64,000 bases of DNA from a virus: positions 1 through 64,000 of the IMG/VR virus record IMGVR_UViG_3300034198_006385; one strand, given 5' to 3'. Of this stretch, positions 10,002-21,029 are shown one piece after another. The notes under the pieces are model-generated. The model had not been told where the DNA came from, did no database searches, and saw only the letters and a list, made by a program, of their open reading frames with translations. Numbering within the stretch: the first letter of the stretch is position 1; the number at the start of each line of letters is the position of its first letter. A program made the position numbers and the translations under genes.

Positions 10002-12239
10002 CTAATTAATTTTAATTTTACTATATGTATTAGATGTATATGAATTTCCAAACGAATTATCTATAATTAATAATGTATTATTAGAAATACTATTCACTGT
10101 TCTCTCATCTCCATTAATTCTTATTAAATCCCCCTTTGTGAAAAATGTAGTAAAAGAGGTATTTATCCCAATTACATTAACTGTTGTAGTATTAACAACA
10201 GTAACAGTTCCATTACCAGATAATTGTAATTGACTATTAATAGCAATACTTTCATCTTCTAAACGATTTGATGTTAATAAAAATTTACCAAACATTTCTG
10301 TTCCAATTGGATGAACCAATGTGCGAACAATATTATTATATCTTTCATAATTAATATCGCTTTGTATTTCATATGAATATTCTTGATAATATTTACTATC
10401 TTGAATTTTTTTATCATCCGATAAAAATCCTCTAGTAGATTTCCAATATCCACTTTTTTTACCTTGTTTTAAAACAATTGCTCTGCCTGTAATACTATAA
10501 TTTGATCCAGTTTTTTGTAAAGTTAAATATTCACCTTGTTCGTAACCATATCCACTATCAATAACTTCTACTACTGTTGCTATACCATCAGCTATACCAG
10601 CAGTTGCCGTTACGAGAGCATTATTACCTTTAAATCCGCCAATATCATTAATACGCATTGATGCAACAGGATAATATATTAATGTGACAAATGGATCAAG
10701 ACTATATCCTTTACCGGGAACAACCGCTTTAAGATATTGAATACTTCCAATTTCAATAGTTTCATAATTTAAAGCTTCATTAATAACTGTATTATATGTA
10801 TTTCTTACACCATCAAATGAAGTTATAGAAAATTGTGCAATATCTCTTAAATAATTACGATTAACTGTAATAAATTCGGTATCGTAAATATCACCAATTC
10901 TAAATGAGGCATCTTCACCACCACCGTCTATATCAGTAATTGTAGCAGAACCAGTATTTGGACCACCTGATATAGCATATACAAAACCTTTTACATGAGT
11001 ATTGCTTGAAACTATTGTATTATTAGCTACAGAATTGGTGTAATATGAGGTATTAAATTGTCCTAATACATCGGTTACATATATTATAGTGTTACTAACA
11101 CCAGTTTTAAATGAGGAAATAATTCCATTTGCTATTTGAGTAGCCCCATAATACTGAGTAATTACTTCTCCAATAGAAAAATTATTAATATTATTTGCTA
11201 ATTTTGTAGTAGTTAATTGTATTGCAGTTTTTATATTACTTTGTATTTTAAAACCACTACTTATTTGTTTTAATGTTATAGAATTTGGTCCAGTTTCATA
11301 AATTTCACCATTTGCTATATTATCAGTTTGATATATAAATTGACCAGCACGAATATAACCACTAGTGCTTGAAGTAGATAAAATAATTCTTGGTTGAACT
11401 AAAGGTATAGTATCTCTACTATAACCAGACCCAGGAAATATTAATTTAAATGATATTTTACCAACAGAAGATTGTGTTTCTACAACTCTACCCTTAGCAT
11501 TTTTACCTTTACCTGTAATATCTACGATATCACCGATTTCAAAATTAGCACCACCATCAATAACATTAACTGCTGTTAAAGAACCCAAAATTTTGGGAAG
11601 ATCGTCAATAGTATCAGAACCAAATATTCTAATATACTCACCAGTTAAAAAGAAACCTTTAGCATTAGATAAAGTTAAAACTTCAATTACTTTATTGTTT
11701 ATTAAAATTTGATGGTAATCTTCAACAATTGCGGTTGCATTACTGCCAATACCAATGATTTTTTTACCAACATAATTATTTAAATCATTGGTAAGAGATA
11801 CCTCTAGATAATTTGGCGCATACCATTCGCCATCGGATACTCGTAATATATCTTTAGAAGGTAGATAAATACTTACATCTTTATCAAATAAAGAGCGAAA
11901 AAGAATATCATAACTTCTTTCATTTCCTTTATTTCTATAAAAATCTAATGCATTTTTAATTAATATTTTTTTTGTTGTTGTATTAGTATCTGGTGAAAAT
12001 GGTATATCAGCAATATACTTATTTTTAACTCTTTCTAATAAATCAGTTGTAGTTAAATCAAGATCGCCATATTCTAATAATTTACGAGTTTTATATCCGA
12101 TGTTATCTTCTGATTGCAACCAAACGTAATATTGTTTTAAAAATTCAATTAATAATGGCCCACCAAATTCTTCATCTCTATAAAAAGATGGAATTTGTTG
12201 TTCAATAAATAAATCAATATTGGGATGAATTGAGATCAT
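10002..12239 (-). CDS. gp7: Baseplate wedge protein gp7-like
   Basis: FLKQYY.WL, FYR.KG..RSY..LFR.LF, IQDS.YYQEYSY.I, LVHP.G..MFG; lies between gp6 and gp8. Confidence 0.75.
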   Translation of the reverse strand: MISIHPNIDLFIEQQIPSFYRDEEFGGPLLIEFLKQYYVWLQSEDNIGYKTRKLLEYGDLDLTTTDLLERVKNKYIADIPFSPDTNTTTKKILIKNALDFYRNKGNERSYDILFRSLFDKDVSIYLPSKDILRVSDGEWYAPNYLEVSLTNDLNNYVGKKIIGIGSNATAIVEDYHQILINNKVIEVLTLSNAKGFFLTGEYIRIFGSDTIDDLPKILGSLTAVNVIDGGANFEIGDIVDITGKGKNAKGRVVETQSSVGKISFKLIFPGSGYSRDTIPLVQPRIILSTSSTSGYIRAGQFIYQTDNIANGEIYETGPNSITLKQISSGFKIQSNIKTAIQLTTTKLANNINNFSIGEVITQYYGATQIANGIISSFKTGVSNTIIYVTDVLGQFNTSYYTNSVANNTIVSSNTHVKGFVYAISGGPNTGSATITDIDGGGEDASFRIGDIYDTEFITVNRNYLRDIAQFSITSFDGVRNTYNTVINEALNYETIEIGSIQYLKAVVPGKGYSLDPFVTLIYYPVASMRINDIGGFKGNNALVTATAGIADGIATVVEVIDSGYGYEQGEYLTLQKTGSNYSITGRAIVLKQGKKSGYWKSTRGFLSDDKKIQDSKYYQEYSYEIQSDINYERYNNIVRTLVHPIGTEMFGKFLLTSNRLEDESIAINSQLQLSGNGTVTVVNTTTVNVIGINTSFTTFFTKGDLIRINGDERTVNSISNNTLLIIDNSFGNSYTSNTYSKIKIN

Positions 12240-12240
12240 A

Positions 12241-14040
12241 TTACTCAGATTCTACATCAATATTTAATGAACCAATATCAACTGATATAATAGTATCTTG
12301 TCTAACTATAATATCTTTATTTCTAGGAATTGCAAAAAATCTAATTGCATCATTTTCATAAGAATCAATAATTATTGAATTTATACTAATTTTTCCAGTA
12401 TCATAATTTACTGTTCCACAATTAGATTTTAATATTTTGCGCCCAGAATTAGTATATTCATAAACAAAAATATTTCCTGCTCCATCTTCACCAAATGATG
12501 CGGTTACACCATTATAAACAAAATTAGATGAATATAATGTAAATTCATTTGTCAATGGTCTTGATTGTATGTTATCATCTTTTCTAATTGGATTTCTAAA
12601 TTCAATAGTAAAAATTAAATTTTGTCCTATTAATGGAACATAATCTTTTGCCATGATTATATCAGTTTCATTACTTAATATACTTGAATCTGAATTATCA
12701 ATTGCTGCCACAAATTTAGAATAATGAAAATCTTTATCAAAATCATTTAGATATGTTGTTGTAAAATTTTCAATAGCGTTAACTGCCATTGATTTAATTA
12801 TATTTGGAGGATTAGTTGTTAATGATAATTTATATGTTATAGTTGAATTTACAATCAAATATAGATAACTAGGATCAATGTAAAAAACATCAATAGATAA
12901 TGGGGTTCTAGTTTTTAAATATTGTATAATTTCCGTTTTAGTAAATTCACTTAATCCTTCACCTGAAGTTGTACTTGCAGAAACAAAAACTCTACCATAT
13001 TGAGGTTCATCTAAAGTTTCCCCGCCATATACGTTAACTGCTTTAATATCATTAAAATTTGCTTGAATAAGAGTTTTATAATCTTCGGATGTAACTGCTC
13101 TATATTGGGTTTGATAATGGCGAGGTGCTCTATATTTTATTGAGGTATTTGTTTCTCTATCACTACCTGCTCTAGAATTTTCTAATTTAGTAACCGCAAA
13201 ACTATATTTTTCACTGCCACTAAACCCATTAAATTTAAAATTAGATGCACCATTAGCAGGTTCACCATTAGTAATCATATATTCTACTTTTACAATATTT
13301 GGCGAAATAGGATGTTTACCAAATACATTATCCCCAAAAATTATTTCATATTTATCATCAAAATATGCTTGTAAAAAATATACAGTCGAATCGGAATTTA
13401 AATTGTATAATGTTTGAGTATAAGAATATAATGTATTTGATGTATCAGATTGAGAAGCCTGCACAGTAAGAATTATTGATTCAGTATCAATTTCTTTATT
13501 TGAAATAACAAATCTTTGCTCCATTGATCCATTGACATTAAAATATTCAGTAATATATGTTCCTTCATAAATATCCAATTCGCCAGTAAATTCAGTAGCA
13601 GAAATTCTTTGTAATATTGCATTATCTCTAGTTACAAAATTATATTGTGTATTATAACTTTTATTATTCTGTGTTGTTAATGCAGTAAATGATGTATTTT
13701 TTGGTATTACAATTTCACCCAAGGAAGGATCATTCACTGTAGCAGTTAATTGAATTTTAGCTTTAGATGATGAACGTGATCTAGGAAGATAATTTAATTC
13801 TTTTGAATGAGAAATGATTGTATCTCTAACGACAGCACTATCCATAAACATTTCACTGCCAACCATATTTAAATATAACGCATTTAAATATGTATTGTAT
13901 GCTATAACATCCAATAATACATTAATATTAGAACCTTCATAATTAATGTCTTTAAAATTATCTTGATTTTTTAGATAATCTCTAAAGGCATTTTTTAATG
14001 TAGAAAAATCTAAATTTGTTGCATTTAAAAAGTCAGCCAT
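12241..14040 (-). CDS. gp6: Baseplate wedge subunit gp6
   Basis: LDF..LK, EGSNINVLLD.IAYNT, ELNY.PRS, Q.RAVT..DY, GTVNYDTG. Confidence 0.95.
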   Translation of the reverse strand: MADFLNATNLDFSTLKNAFRDYLKNQDNFKDINYEGSNINVLLDVIAYNTYLNALYLNMVGSEMFMDSAVVRDTIISHSKELNYLPRSRSSSKAKIQLTATVNDPSLGEIVIPKNTSFTALTTQNNKSYNTQYNFVTRDNAILQRISATEFTGELDIYEGTYITEYFNVNGSMEQRFVISNKEIDTESIILTVQASQSDTSNTLYSYTQTLYNLNSDSTVYFLQAYFDDKYEIIFGDNVFGKHPISPNIVKVEYMITNGEPANGASNFKFNGFSGSEKYSFAVTKLENSRAGSDRETNTSIKYRAPRHYQTQYRAVTSEDYKTLIQANFNDIKAVNVYGGETLDEPQYGRVFVSASTTSGEGLSEFTKTEIIQYLKTRTPLSIDVFYIDPSYLYLIVNSTITYKLSLTTNPPNIIKSMAVNAIENFTTTYLNDFDKDFHYSKFVAAIDNSDSSILSNETDIIMAKDYVPLIGQNLIFTIEFRNPIRKDDNIQSRPLTNEFTLYSSNFVYNGVTASFGEDGAGNIFVYEYTNSGRKILKSNCGTVNYDTGKISINSIIIDSYENDAIRFFAIPRNKDIIVRQDTIISVDIGSLNIDVESE

Positions 14041-14519
14041 TAGCGATTTCTTTCTACTATAATATTTACATTTAATTGTTCGTCAGTATTTATTACTCTG
14101 AAAACAATATTTATCATGATACTATGGTCCGAATCTCCACCCAATGAGGATGGTTCATTATATAAATCTGATAATGTATTTTGTGCATATGTAATATTAT
14201 CAGCAGTTATAACTTCAACCGAAATAATTTCAACTCTTGGCTCATATGCTTCTATAGATTTTTTAATTTTATCTTTAATGATGAATATATCTGTTTCAGA
14301 TGCGATATTATCAAATAAAAGTTTTCTTATATCTCCACCTAAATTGGGTTTATATAATCTTTCTCCACGATTAGTTAATACAATATTTCTTAGAGATTGT
14401 TTAACTACATCTCTATTTGTTAATTGTGTAATATTTCCTGTAACTGGATGAATACCTAAATTATTAGAAAAATCGGAAAAAACGATTTGTGCTAAATCAA
14501 AAGTAGTTGGGCGTGGCAT
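14040..14519 (-). CDS. gp25: Baseplate wedge subunit gp25
   Basis: VKQSLRNIVLT..GER.YKP..G, YEPRV; adjacent to gp6. Confidence 0.92.
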   Translation of the reverse strand: MPRPTTFDLAQIVFSDFSNNLGIHPVTGNITQLTNRDVVKQSLRNIVLTNRGERLYKPNLGGDIRKLLFDNIASETDIFIIKDKIKKSIEAYEPRVEIISVEVITADNITYAQNTLSDLYNEPSSLGGDSDHSIMINIVFRVINTDEQLNVNIIVERNR

Positions 14520-14529
14520 TTAAACTCCG

Positions 14530-15312
14530 TTAACAAATTGAACTTCTAATTGCATCACGAATACCTAATTGTGAATCTGGTCTAGAAGCACATGTGCTTG
14601 TTCTTGTTGATGCATATCCAAATAATCCACCAGCAATTCTATCAGATAATTGATTTATTTCACTTTGCAAAGCATATAATGTTGTATTTATCTCAGTGGT
14701 AACACTATTTGTTAAAGAAGATACGGCTTCTTCTATTGATGCAATTCCCCCGAGCAATCCGCCTAGACTATCTTGCAATTCTTGTAATCCTGGCATTAAT
14801 GCGCAAAATGCTGCATCTGTTATACCATCTATTACTTCATTTACTGCTTGTGTTCCTGTTGCAACAACATCAAATATAGTATTTTGTATTCCTTCAAATA
14901 CTGCGGATTGTAATTGATACAATGCGTTTGGCCCAAAATTTTGAACGTTTCCTAATGTTCGTACAATTTGAACAAAATCATTTCCTAATCTTTCTTGAAT
15001 ATCTAATAACATTGATATTCCTGTTGCATCTGCTACTACACCCATAAGCCCTATAATATTATTATCAATAGTTCTATCAATAGCAGATAAACATGAATTA
15101 ATTCTTGAATTTAATACATAACCAGATGGCCCTAGACCTGATAATACTTTACCAATAGTTCCACTAGATGATGTTGTTTTATTAACACTTTTTTTAGCCT
15201 TTAACATAACATTTAATTCATAGACTTTATCTTCTGGTAACATAGACATACGCCGAATTAAATCAGTAAATTGTCTTTCTTTTAATTCTGCTCTATAAAC
15301 ATTAACAAACAT
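14530..15312 (-). CDS. Hypothetical protein in the baseplate operon
   Basis: 260-aa helical ORF tightly packed between gp5C and gp25. Confidence 0.5.
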   Translation of the reverse strand: MFVNVYRAELKERQFTDLIRRMSMLPEDKVYELNVMLKAKKSVNKTTSSSGTIGKVLSGLGPSGYVLNSRINSCLSAIDRTIDNNIIGLMGVVADATGISMLLDIQERLGNDFVQIVRTLGNVQNFGPNALYQLQSAVFEGIQNTIFDVVATGTQAVNEVIDGITDAAFCALMPGLQELQDSLGGLLGGIASIEEAVSSLTNSVTTEINTTLYALQSEINQLSDRIAGGLFGYASTRTSTCASRPDSQLGIRDAIRSSIC

Positions 15313-15315
15313 TTT

Positions 15316-17073
15316 TTATACTCGCGTAAATTGTGTTATTGGTTTATGATTATAAAATGTACAATATTCTCTTTTTAATTTGTTTTTATTAAATGAAATA
15401 TGAAACCACGGTTTACCCGATCCTCCAGATTGATATTCTAATAATAACTGATCAAATGGTAATATTTTAATTAATTCTTCTGCTCTTTTAGGATAATCAT
15501 CGGCACCAATTTTAAACTGTATATCTACAGCTTGGCCTAATTCGTGCTGAGAAATTTTACCTGTTGTATATGGTCTGAAACCTGATGTTATTATAAATGA
15601 AGATCGTCCATATGAATCTACTAATTTATCTAAAATATTAACAGCTAATTGTTGTAAATTTCTATAGATATCTAATTCTGATAGTCCTGCCTGTGTAACA
15701 ATTTGATGTGGAAATGCCGCACGAATTGACAAATCCCCAGCAGTAAAATACTTAGATATTAAAGTATTATAAGATGGTTCATTTATTAATATATCATTAG
15801 AAACAGGAATTATTGGTTGTGCGGATATTGCGCCATCGGGAGTTTTTATTGCACGTCCACTTTCCAAATCTTGATTAAATGATTGATCATTTGGATTAAT
15901 ATATGGGGCTTGTTTAGTATATCCTGGATATAATGGTAAACTAGATTCAGATAAACCATCATTTTCGATAGCAATTCTAGTTAATCTAGTATTTGGCATA
16001 GATTCTGTAATTTTGGGTTCTGCTACAGTTGTTCTATCTCCGGGAATTATTAAACCAGTGCTAAGGGCTTCCACAGCATCGCTTGCGGCGGTTAGAGATG
16101 GGGTATTATAGTTAGGATATACTGGTGTTGGTGTTACCCCGCCGCCTAACCCACCGGCCACAAGAGAAGTATATGAATAATTTGCACCATTAGCAAAAAG
16201 TGCGAATTGTATTTTGCCCCGAACAAGAGGAACATGGATTTCTTCTTTTACATATAAATTATTTTCAAGATGCATATTAGTTTTTACTGATAATTTGTCC
16301 GCTCCCTGTAGAACAATCTCCTTATCTGATTTAAGACTAAAATTTCCAATATTTAAAATATAATCAGCTTTTGTTTTTACATCAAATGTATTAGTAGAGA
16401 GATTATAAAAACCTACATTTTTATGATTAAATTTACTTGTTTCTACTACCATATTATCTGCACGAATTTTTAATGTTTCTTTAACATTTAAATTCATACA
16501 ACCATTAGAAATCATATTAATATCATTTTTTACGACAGCATTTAATGATCCATTAATTTCTAAATTACAATTATTAAGAACAAGTATATTACATGAACCA
16601 TCAACTGTTACATCAGCACGACCTTTAATGTAAATATGTCCATGTTTTTCAATTATAAGAAAATGCTCACCTACAATTTTTCTTACTTCATTTCCTTCAC
16701 TATCTACTTCAACAAAACTTCCAGATGGATGAAATCTATGATATCTTTCATTTCCTGTAGTATCATCAAATTCTTCTACATGACCATTTTTGGTTTCATA
16801 TACTTGATTATATGGATATGATGCATTGAATGCTGATCTTGGTTGATCCCAAGTATTAGGCGATAATGCTGTTGGTATATTAAGTATTCTATTATTATCT
16901 TTAGTTTCTACTACAGTTCCCTCTGAAATACCCCTTGCTAATCTTGGTGTATCTTGTTCATTTACTTTAATAGTTTCTATATTTCTTGCTTGAGGATAAT
17001 TTTGTAATGATTTTTCTAAATAATTATTATTAGGATCAGAAAATAAATTTAATTCATATTTTGATATAGTCAT
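15316..17073 (-). CDS. gp5-like spike protein, C-terminal part (beta-helix) with appended peptidase M15-type domain
   Basis: YPYNQVYET..GHV.EFDDT.G.ER...H.SG.F.E then beta-helix repeats; C-terminal ISKYFT, ITSGFR...SQH..GQAVD, WFHISF. Confidence 0.85.
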   Translation of the reverse strand: MTISKYELNLFSDPNNNYLEKSLQNYPQARNIETIKVNEQDTPRLARGISEGTVVETKDNNRILNIPTALSPNTWDQPRSAFNASYPYNQVYETKNGHVEEFDDTTGNERYHRFHPSGSFVEVDSEGNEVRKIVGEHFLIIEKHGHIYIKGRADVTVDGSCNILVLNNCNLEINGSLNAVVKNDINMISNGCMNLNVKETLKIRADNMVVETSKFNHKNVGFYNLSTNTFDVKTKADYILNIGNFSLKSDKEIVLQGADKLSVKTNMHLENNLYVKEEIHVPLVRGKIQFALFANGANYSYTSLVAGGLGGGVTPTPVYPNYNTPSLTAASDAVEALSTGLIIPGDRTTVAEPKITESMPNTRLTRIAIENDGLSESSLPLYPGYTKQAPYINPNDQSFNQDLESGRAIKTPDGAISAQPIIPVSNDILINEPSYNTLISKYFTAGDLSIRAAFPHQIVTQAGLSELDIYRNLQQLAVNILDKLVDSYGRSSFIITSGFRPYTTGKISQHELGQAVDIQFKIGADDYPKRAEELIKILPFDQLLLEYQSGGSGKPWFHISFNKNKLKREYCTFYNHKPITQFTRV

Positions 17074-17081
17074 TTTAATAC

Positions 17082-18002
17082 CTATTCTGTTACACTATTA
17101 TAACCAAGATTGTAATACGAACGACCTGTAGTGCCATTGGCATCTCTACCATCCGTACCACGATAAAATTTATTTGCCCCACCAGCACCTAATAAATGAG
17201 CAACCGCAAGATAACCTGCTAATTGTTTAGGCGGGGTAACATTAGTAATTGTTCCTAATTTTAACATTCTATTATAATTTAATTGTAATAATTCATCCAT
17301 TGCTGTTTCTTGACAATTTCCTTGATTTTTTAAAAATATTTGTAAGTTATTTACCCCATTTTTTCCTTTCCAATTTGCATCATTTCTTAATAATGAATTA
17401 CTAGATGTAGGTGATGCGGTATATCCTAAATCATAAAGAGCAGCATTTCCAAATTGATATTTTCCAATAAAACCATAACCATTTACCGCAGTATAATTAT
17501 TACTAGATTCTTTTTGACCTAATGCGGATTTTAATTGACCATATTGTTTTTCATTTAATGTTCCTAAAAATTGAACAGTTTGATTCCCCGTTACATTTCC
17601 TAAATCTTCCAAAGCAATTCCAGGAATAATAGAATTTCCACCTGCTTGATTAGCTAGAATTTGTTCTGATGTAGCATTCTTTGAACTTCCTGGGCGAGCA
17701 TTAATGGCATTAATAACACCAATAATTATTGGATATTGGCCTACTGGACCATCAGCAAAAAACCCTACTACTGTTGTTCCCGGTAATAATCCACTAGGAG
17801 CCATAAATGTCCCACCAGTAACAGGTTTTAAATGAATTGCCCATGGTAATGCTTCTGTAGGTAATTCATTAGGATTTTCTGAATGAAATCCGTATATTCT
17901 TACTCTTACTCTACCATTTTGTAATGGATCAGCAATATCTTCCACTACACCAATAAACCATGTAAAACCATTTGTTCCCATAAATTCAGGCACTTGAAGC
18001 AT
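17082..18002 (-). CDS. gp5-like hub protein, N-terminal part: OB-fold plus lysozyme-like domain
   Basis: FTWFIGVVED..DP...GRVRVR..G.H, LPWA, V.GFF.DG..Q.P; then ESSNNY.A.N..G.IGKYQFG and AHL.G.GGA. Confidence 0.85.
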   Translation of the reverse strand: MLQVPEFMGTNGFTWFIGVVEDIADPLQNGRVRVRIYGFHSENPNELPTEALPWAIHLKPVTGGTFMAPSGLLPGTTVVGFFADGPVGQYPIIIGVINAINARPGSSKNATSEQILANQAGGNSIIPGIALEDLGNVTGNQTVQFLGTLNEKQYGQLKSALGQKESSNNYTAVNGYGFIGKYQFGNAALYDLGYTASPTSSNSLLRNDANWKGKNGVNNLQIFLKNQGNCQETAMDELLQLNYNRMLKLGTITNVTPPKQLAGYLAVAHLLGAGGANKFYRGTDGRDANGTTGRSYYNLGYNSVTE

Positions 18003-18012
18003 TTTTTATTCC

Positions 18013-19398
18013 TTAAACAATGGTTGAAATATCGGGTAATGTATTAATATCATATCCGCCAAATCTTTTTTCATTGTAAATATCTTGTGGTATAGGAATT
18101 AAATCTCTAACCAATGAAATACTAGTATCATGATAAAATGCTCCATATTGATCTTTTTGTTGAATAATATGATTTATTCCTTGAACAATATATCTTCCTG
18201 AATATCTCATATCTTTTGAACTATTAATATTATTTGGATGGTAATTATTTGTTATTTCTATGATTAATGGATCACCTAATTCTATTAAAAAGGTGCCATC
18301 AATTACAATGTTTAAAGTATTTTCTTTTAATAATTGTTCAAATGGTTTAGTATATTGATAATACTTATATGTTAAATCATTGACACCATTTTCGCTATTC
18401 CATGGTAAAAAATATGTATATGGTCCTGCTTTAGCCAAAGATTTAGCAAAATTTTCTGATGTATTTAATGTTAACCCATCAAGAGATTTATCTGTGGTTC
18501 CAACATGGGCAATTTTCTTTATGTCTTCAAATGCATTGAAATATTCTGTAGTTACTCTTTTTGTATTAAAATCAAATCTATATGTTTCGCTACCATAAAA
18601 TCCATTAATAATTCTATCAAAATTATTACTTCTTGTGGTGGATTCATATGTTTTTATATTTCTAAAAAAAGGATTACTAAATTTTTTAAATGCGGCTGCC
18701 TCTGAATACATATATGTTAATGGTTGTGTATTAGCATTACTTTCATTTACTATATTTTCAAATGATCTAAAATTATATCCATTTTTGGTTTCATAAAAGA
18801 AAAATTTAGAGAAAATATAATCATTTTTTGAATAAGATTGTTGTTTTAAAATTTCTATTTTTTCTAATGGACGTATTCTAGTAAAACCAAAAGTTCTAGT
18901 TCCTAGAGTATCTTCAAAATTTTGTATATTAATTTCACTTTGTAATTCATCAGATAATATTTTTTTAATAATATCAGTTATACTTATATTAACATATCCC
19001 CGAGATTTAAAACCAAATGAATTAGAGAAAAAATCTACAGAAATTAAAGATATAATTAATATAGCACTATCGCCACTTTCATCTTTTATTTCTAAATCAA
19101 CAGAAGCAACTACAAATTTATAAGAAAATTTAGTATCTTCTACATTTTCTAATTCAATTTCTATAAATTCTTCACCAGTAATTACTAATTTTTCATTATT
19201 CATTAATCCATCATAATCATTTATTACTATATTCCCATAAATTGTAGGACTAGTTAAAGTTGTAGTAAATTGAAATGATGTAATATATTTGCGTAAATCT
19301 AATTCTTGTGTTGACTCATTGACTTTATTAATACTCTTTAATAAAGCCTTAGTAATTTTTGTAAAATTTAAATTTCCAATTGTATTAATTTCTACCAT
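18013..19398 (-). CDS. Baseplate hub/tail protein (gp27-like)
   Basis: I.GEE.I, FFFYET..GYNF.S.E.I, SGRY.V..I.H; lies between gp53 and gp5. Confidence 0.7.
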   Translation of the reverse strand: MVEINTIGNLNFTKITKALLKSINKVNESTQELDLRKYITSFQFTTTLTSPTIYGNIVINDYDGLMNNEKLVITGEEFIEIELENVEDTKFSYKFVVASVDLEIKDESGDSAILIISLISVDFFSNSFGFKSRGYVNISITDIIKKILSDELQSEINIQNFEDTLGTRTFGFTRIRPLEKIEILKQQSYSKNDYIFSKFFFYETKNGYNFRSFENIVNESNANTQPLTYMYSEAAAFKKFSNPFFRNIKTYESTTRSNNFDRIINGFYGSETYRFDFNTKRVTTEYFNAFEDIKKIAHVGTTDKSLDGLTLNTSENFAKSLAKAGPYTYFLPWNSENGVNDLTYKYYQYTKPFEQLLKENTLNIVIDGTFLIELGDPLIIEITNNYHPNNINSSKDMRYSGRYIVQGINHIIQQKDQYGAFYHDTSISLVRDLIPIPQDIYNEKRFGGYDINTLPDISTIV

Positions 19399-19399
19399 G

Positions 19400-20212
19400 T
19401 TATTTTAAATTTGTATATGCACCTTTCAACATATTTTTTATTTCGCTATCTATTTTATATCCAACACTAGGAATAACAGCATTCAAAAATCTTCTTTTTT
19501 CGTTTTCATCATATTCATATTCTGTATTAGTAACAGAAACATAATCTAATTTTTGATTATTAGATAACATATTATATGTATCTGTATTAATTACAATATT
19601 ATTACTACTAGTTTCAGTATTAAATATAATTGGTGCTATTTTTGCATTATCCTGACTATTTTCTTTTATTATTTTATTTGAATTTGCATCATAAAAAGTA
19701 ATTACTGGCGAATTTATATCTGAACCTTTTTGTGTTAAAGTAGTGGAAATTATACCACCAGTAGAATTAGTAGTTAAATTAGCAAAAGCATCAATAAATC
19801 CACCAGAAATTACTAAATAATCAGAATTAGAATAATTATTTCCTCCATATTTTACAATAATATCATCGACATAATATTGTTGTATTTTTAATTTATAATA
19901 TTTGGGATCATTTTTTGTAGTATTATATTTGTCTAAAATATATTGATCTAATTGTTTTTGAGACAAATACCATTCATAATATGGGTCAATAATATCATTT
20001 AAAAGATAAAATAAATAATCATATGAAGAATTTTGAAATAAAAGATGTGCCAAATAATCTGATCTATCACCTTCTTTTATATTAAGAGTTTGTAAAACAG
20101 TATTTTTTGAACTCTCGCGCAAATTTCCTCTGACTAAAATATTACGCAATAAAGTATTAGTATTATCGGATTCATATTTTATGATAGGAAAATTGAAAAA
20201 ATAACCAGCCAT
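19400..20212 (-). CDS. gp53: Baseplate wedge subunit gp53
   Basis: YF.NFP.I.Y, I.EG.R.D.LA, NDI.DPY..W, EYE..ENE.RR. Confidence 0.85.
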   Translation of the reverse strand: MAGYFFNFPIIKYESDNTNTLLRNILVRGNLRESSKNTVLQTLNIKEGDRSDYLAHLLFQNSSYDYLFYLLNDIIDPYYEWYLSQKQLDQYILDKYNTTKNDPKYYKLKIQQYYVDDIIVKYGGNNYSNSDYLVISGGFIDAFANLTTNSTGGIISTTLTQKGSDINSPVITFYDANSNKIIKENSQDNAKIAPIIFNTETSSNNIVINTDTYNMLSNNQKLDYVSVTNTEYEYDENEKRRFLNAVIPSVGYKIDSEIKNMLKGAYTNLK

Positions 20213-20225
20213 TGTGTGATCCTAA

Positions 20226-21023
20226 TTAAAAATAAGATGTTGCGCCATAATTAACTGTAGATAATTTATCATTATCTCGATATAGCGGTAATATTTCTTT
20301 TAATGTTAAATATAAACCATAAACAGACGGGGTTCCTGTTCCTGCAAAAAATGTTGGATAATCAGCGGCGGTTCTATCTACCATAAAATTTTCAATAACA
20401 CATGGACCAATAGGAAATACATGATCTGGATTTCTTGGCCCAAGATAACGAAAATTTAATAATTCAGGATAACGTAAAAGTAATCCTAATAATTCCATTT
20501 CTGGATGCATTCGTAATCTAATTTCAGAAATAATTTTTTCAACAATATCAGTATCTTCTTTAGATTCTGGTGCTAATTTGAAAAATAATTCATGCCGACG
20601 TAAATGAACATTTTTTAATTTTAATACACTATATGGATTAATACCATATCCGATATATGGGCCTGCGGCATTTCCTGCTGCTGATCTCGCCCACGCAGCA
20701 TTTTGCCCCCCCAAAGAATCAATTATTTTACCCACTATTGCTGATATATTTACTGTTTCATATGCTACTGTATATGGTTCATGAATTTTAATTGGCAAGG
20801 GTAAAGTAATAGCTACTGTTGGGGTTCCACCTTTTTCTAATCCTTGTAAAGTTAAATTATTAGGAGTAGTTGTAAGAGTATCAGGATCGACAGCAATAGA
20901 ATATTTATTAAAAGTCATTAATGTTTTATGTGGAATAGAATTTATTCTATCAGAAGGAAATCTATAATCCTTTGTTATTAAATTATTTCTAGCGGCTTCT
21001 AATATAGATTGTGCAGTAGGCAT
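20226..21023 (-). CDS. gp48: Baseplate tail-tube cap gp48
   Basis: I.LP.P, NPY....L..V.LR.H...FKL.P.S..D, LTLKE; divergent from gp4. Confidence 0.8.
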   Translation of the reverse strand: MPTAQSILEAARNNLITKDYRFPSDRINSIPHKTLMTFNKYSIAVDPDTLTTTPNNLTLQGLEKGGTPTVAITLPLPIKIHEPYTVAYETVNISAIVGKIIDSLGGQNAAWARSAAGNAAGPYIGYGINPYSVLKLKNVHLRRHELFFKLAPESKEDTDIVEKIISEIRLRMHPEMELLGLLLRYPELLNFRYLGPRNPDHVFPIGPCVIENFMVDRTAADYPTFFAGTGTPSVYGLYLTLKEILPLYRDNDKLSTVNYGATSYF

Positions 21024-21029
21024 CTTATT

